This document shows, piece by piece, positions 32,656 to 34,609 of a stretch of DNA of 34,609 nucleotides (position 1 is its first letter; each line of letters starts with the position of its first letter). Origin of the DNA: a virus (lineage: Duplodnaviria; Caudoviricetes); IMG/VR virus record IMGVR_UViG_3300003972_000074, positions 1 to 34,609 of that record. One strand, written 5' to 3'. The position numbers and the translations under genes are program-made. The notes beneath the pieces are model-generated. The model was not told the origin of the DNA. It was given only the letters and a program-made list of their open reading frames with translations, and made no database searches.

Positions 32656-33980
32656 CAGGCCGCGACGCCGGCCACCTGGCGGGCCAGCTCCCGCTCCAGG
32701 TCCATGAGCGGATCGCCCTGCCCGGCCATGTTTCGCCACTGCTCGACCTCGTGCTGGGGCACTCCCGGGATGCGGGGCCACAGCGCCTGCGGGGGCACGC
32801 CGAGCTTCTCGACCAGCGTCCCGTACGCAGCGGCGGCCTCGGTGAGGGACCGGACCCGGGTGTCACGCCAGATCACCGACGCCGCAGCGTCGGGGGCGAT
32901 GCCCATCATCTCGCCGGCCAGGTTCAGGGTCTGCTCCCAGGCCTCGCCGGCCATGATCCGGTTCTCGTCGACCGCCGCCTGGTGCGACGCCCGAGCCGCC
33001 TCCAGCGCCTCAGCGCTGAGGTTGACGAACTCGCCGAGCAGCTCGTGCACCGGCGTCTGGCTGACGGTGGCGAGGTGCCTGATCGACGCCTCCCGGGACT
33101 CGATGTAGCCGCGGAGGTCGGTCTGGGAGAACTCGCCGACCCGGATGTCGTCGGCCGAGTCCTCGAACATCATCAGCCGGTCGGCGCCCATCTTGAGCGC
33201 CTCCTCCTCCGACTCGGCCAGCCACCCGATGATGTACCGCTGCCGGAACGCCCCATAGTGCTGCGCGACCTGCAGGCCGAAGCTGGTGATGTTGATCTGG
33301 TCCTGCAGCGGGATGAACGGCTCGACGATCCCCCGCACCGGGTCGTCGAGGTCGTCGGTGTCCCGGAACCGCACCACCGGGCACACCGGCTCACCGTCAG
33401 CCACAGCGCCGTGGATCTGCGGAGCGTCGAGGACCTCGAAGGAGTCGCCGTCCTCCCGCAGCGTGTAGACCGCCTCGTTGTCGATCAGCCGCCACCGGCC
33501 GTTCCGGCGCTTCTCGAGGGCGTAGCGCGGCCAGTCGTCGTCGTCGCCGTACGCCACGGTCAGTGCCCGAGGGCTCGCGCCGCGGATCACCGGAACCGGC
33601 TCCCCCGGCAGTGTGACCGTGTACGACGCACCGAAGGTCAGGTCGGCGCGGTGGACGCCGATCTGGCGGGCGTCGAGCCGGTTGCGCTGCCAGATTTCCC
33701 ACGCGGGGACGTTGTCGGGGCTCGACGGCGTCTGGAACCCGTCGACGTACATGCCCTGGACCCGGGCGTTCACGATGTACTTCAGGACGTTGACCCGGCT
33801 GATCCGGGTCAACCTCACGACGTCGGCCGGCGCCCCCCTCGGGATGCCACCCAGGGCCCGGCGCTCGTCTGGGTCGTCCCGCAGGTAGCCGTGGATCAGG
33901 TCAAGGCGCGGCCGTTCCGCCTCCCGGACCTTCTTCACCTCCTTGGCGAGGTCGACCGCCTCGTCGTTGCTCAGCGGCAT
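32655..33980 (-). CDS. Portal protein (SPP1 gp6-like)
   Basis: AWEIWQRNRLDARQ, CPVVRF, GIVEPFIPLQDQIN, YGAFRQRYIIG, NLSAEAL, VIWRDT. Confidence 0.93.
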   Translation of the reverse strand: MPLSNDEAVDLAKEVKKVREAERPRLDLIHGYLRDDPDERRALGGIPRGAPADVVRLTRISRVNVLKYIVNARVQGMYVDGFQTPSSPDNVPAWEIWQRNRLDARQIGVHRADLTFGASYTVTLPGEPVPVIRGASPRALTVAYGDDDDWPRYALEKRRNGRWRLIDNEAVYTLREDGDSFEVLDAPQIHGAVADGEPVCPVVRFRDTDDLDDPVRGIVEPFIPLQDQINITSFGLQVAQHYGAFRQRYIIGWLAESEEEALKMGADRLMMFEDSADDIRVGEFSQTDLRGYIESREASIRHLATVSQTPVHELLGEFVNLSAEALEAARASHQAAVDENRIMAGEAWEQTLNLAGEMMGIAPDAAASVIWRDTRVRSLTEAAAAYGTLVEKLGVPPQALWPRIPGVPQHEVEQWRNMAGQGDPLMDLERELARQVAGVAA

Positions 33981-33990
33981 CGCACCTCCC

Positions 33991-34609
33991 TCACACCGAC
34001 ATCGCGCGGCCGGTCCTGCGCTTCTTCTTCGGCGGCTTGTCCGCCCCGTGGGCAGCCAACGTGACGGCGTACAGCGGCGCCACCTCGACGCTGCCGTCCT
34101 TCGCCGACCACACCCACGACTGGCCGCTCGTCCGCTTCCGGGCACCGCCCACCGCGGCGTTCAGGTCCGGCTGACCGAGGTGTCGCACGGCGTTCTCGAG
34201 CACCAGGCCGTAGAACGACCCGCACGCCTGAGCCAACTCCTGCCCCGTCACCAGCACCGGCTGCACGCCCTCGTTGACGATCGGCACGATCAACTTCCCG
34301 GCCGGGCCGCCCGGATAGAGGAGGAACCCGTTCGGCTTCCACTTCCGGTCGAGCTCGGCCACCCGCTTCGCCACCCACGCCGTGCCACCGCACCGGCCTC
34401 CCGCCTTCGCGTGCACCTTGCAGCACGGCACCAGCTCGACGTGCATGTTGCCGTCGGCCCGGCGCCCGGCCACCCCGATGACGGCGTGCTTCTCGTCGAG
34501 CGACACGTTGACACCGAACGCCAGGGGCTGGCCCGGGCGCGAGCCGATCTGCTCGAGGCGCTGCCAGGAGTTCGGGTCGATGAGCGGCTTCGTGCTCCCG
34601 CCGCCCCAC
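33991..34609 (-). CDS. Terminase large subunit, C-terminal part
   Basis: AVIGVAG..ADG..HVE, LAQACGSF, VRHLGQPDLNAAV..A..R, VAPLYAVTLA; directly upstream of portal. Confidence 0.88.
   Translation of the reverse strand, partial: WGGGSTKPLIDPNSWQRLEQIGSRPGQPLAFGVNVSLDEKHAVIGVAGRRADGNMHVELVPCCKVHAKAGGRCGGTAWVAKRVAELDRKWKPNGFLLYPGGPAGKLIVPIVNEGVQPVLVTGQELAQACGSFYGLVLENAVRHLGQPDLNAAVGGARKRTSGQSWVWSAKDGSVEVAPLYAVTLAAHGADKPPKKKRRTGRAMSV

Noticed and set aside
14432-34064. Many long plus-strand ORFs over the structural region
   Set aside because: Antisense shadows of well-supported minus-strand virion genes in high-GC DNA

Overview
This window is a high-GC actinobacterial temperate siphovirus genome in its free (attP-containing) form. 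The minus strand runs right to left through terminase (partial), portal, MuF-like protein, scaffold and major capsid. It continues with a five-gene glycosyltransferase/methyltransferase cassette, head-tail genes, tail tube, chaperone with -1 frameshift, tape measure, tail proteins, endolysin and holin. Between the lysis genes and attP (the 3' half of tRNA-Arg(CCT)) lies a mostly plus-strand accessory island, 8.1-13.8 kb. It carries (i) an orphan protein resembling the type I-G CRISPR large subunit (Cas8g/Csb3 family) fused to an HTH domain, in an acr/aca-like operon, (ii) a Ro60/TROVE gene preceded by two Y RNAs, one being a circularly permuted tRNA that keeps a tRNA-Lys(CUU) anticodon arm, and (iii) an orphan HicB-like protein. 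Left of attP are a tyrosine integrase, a repressor/Cro switch, an excisionase, an HU with a C-terminal membrane helix, an ~850 bp array of stem-loops and small early genes. All family assignments come from motif recognition by eye; no searches were run.
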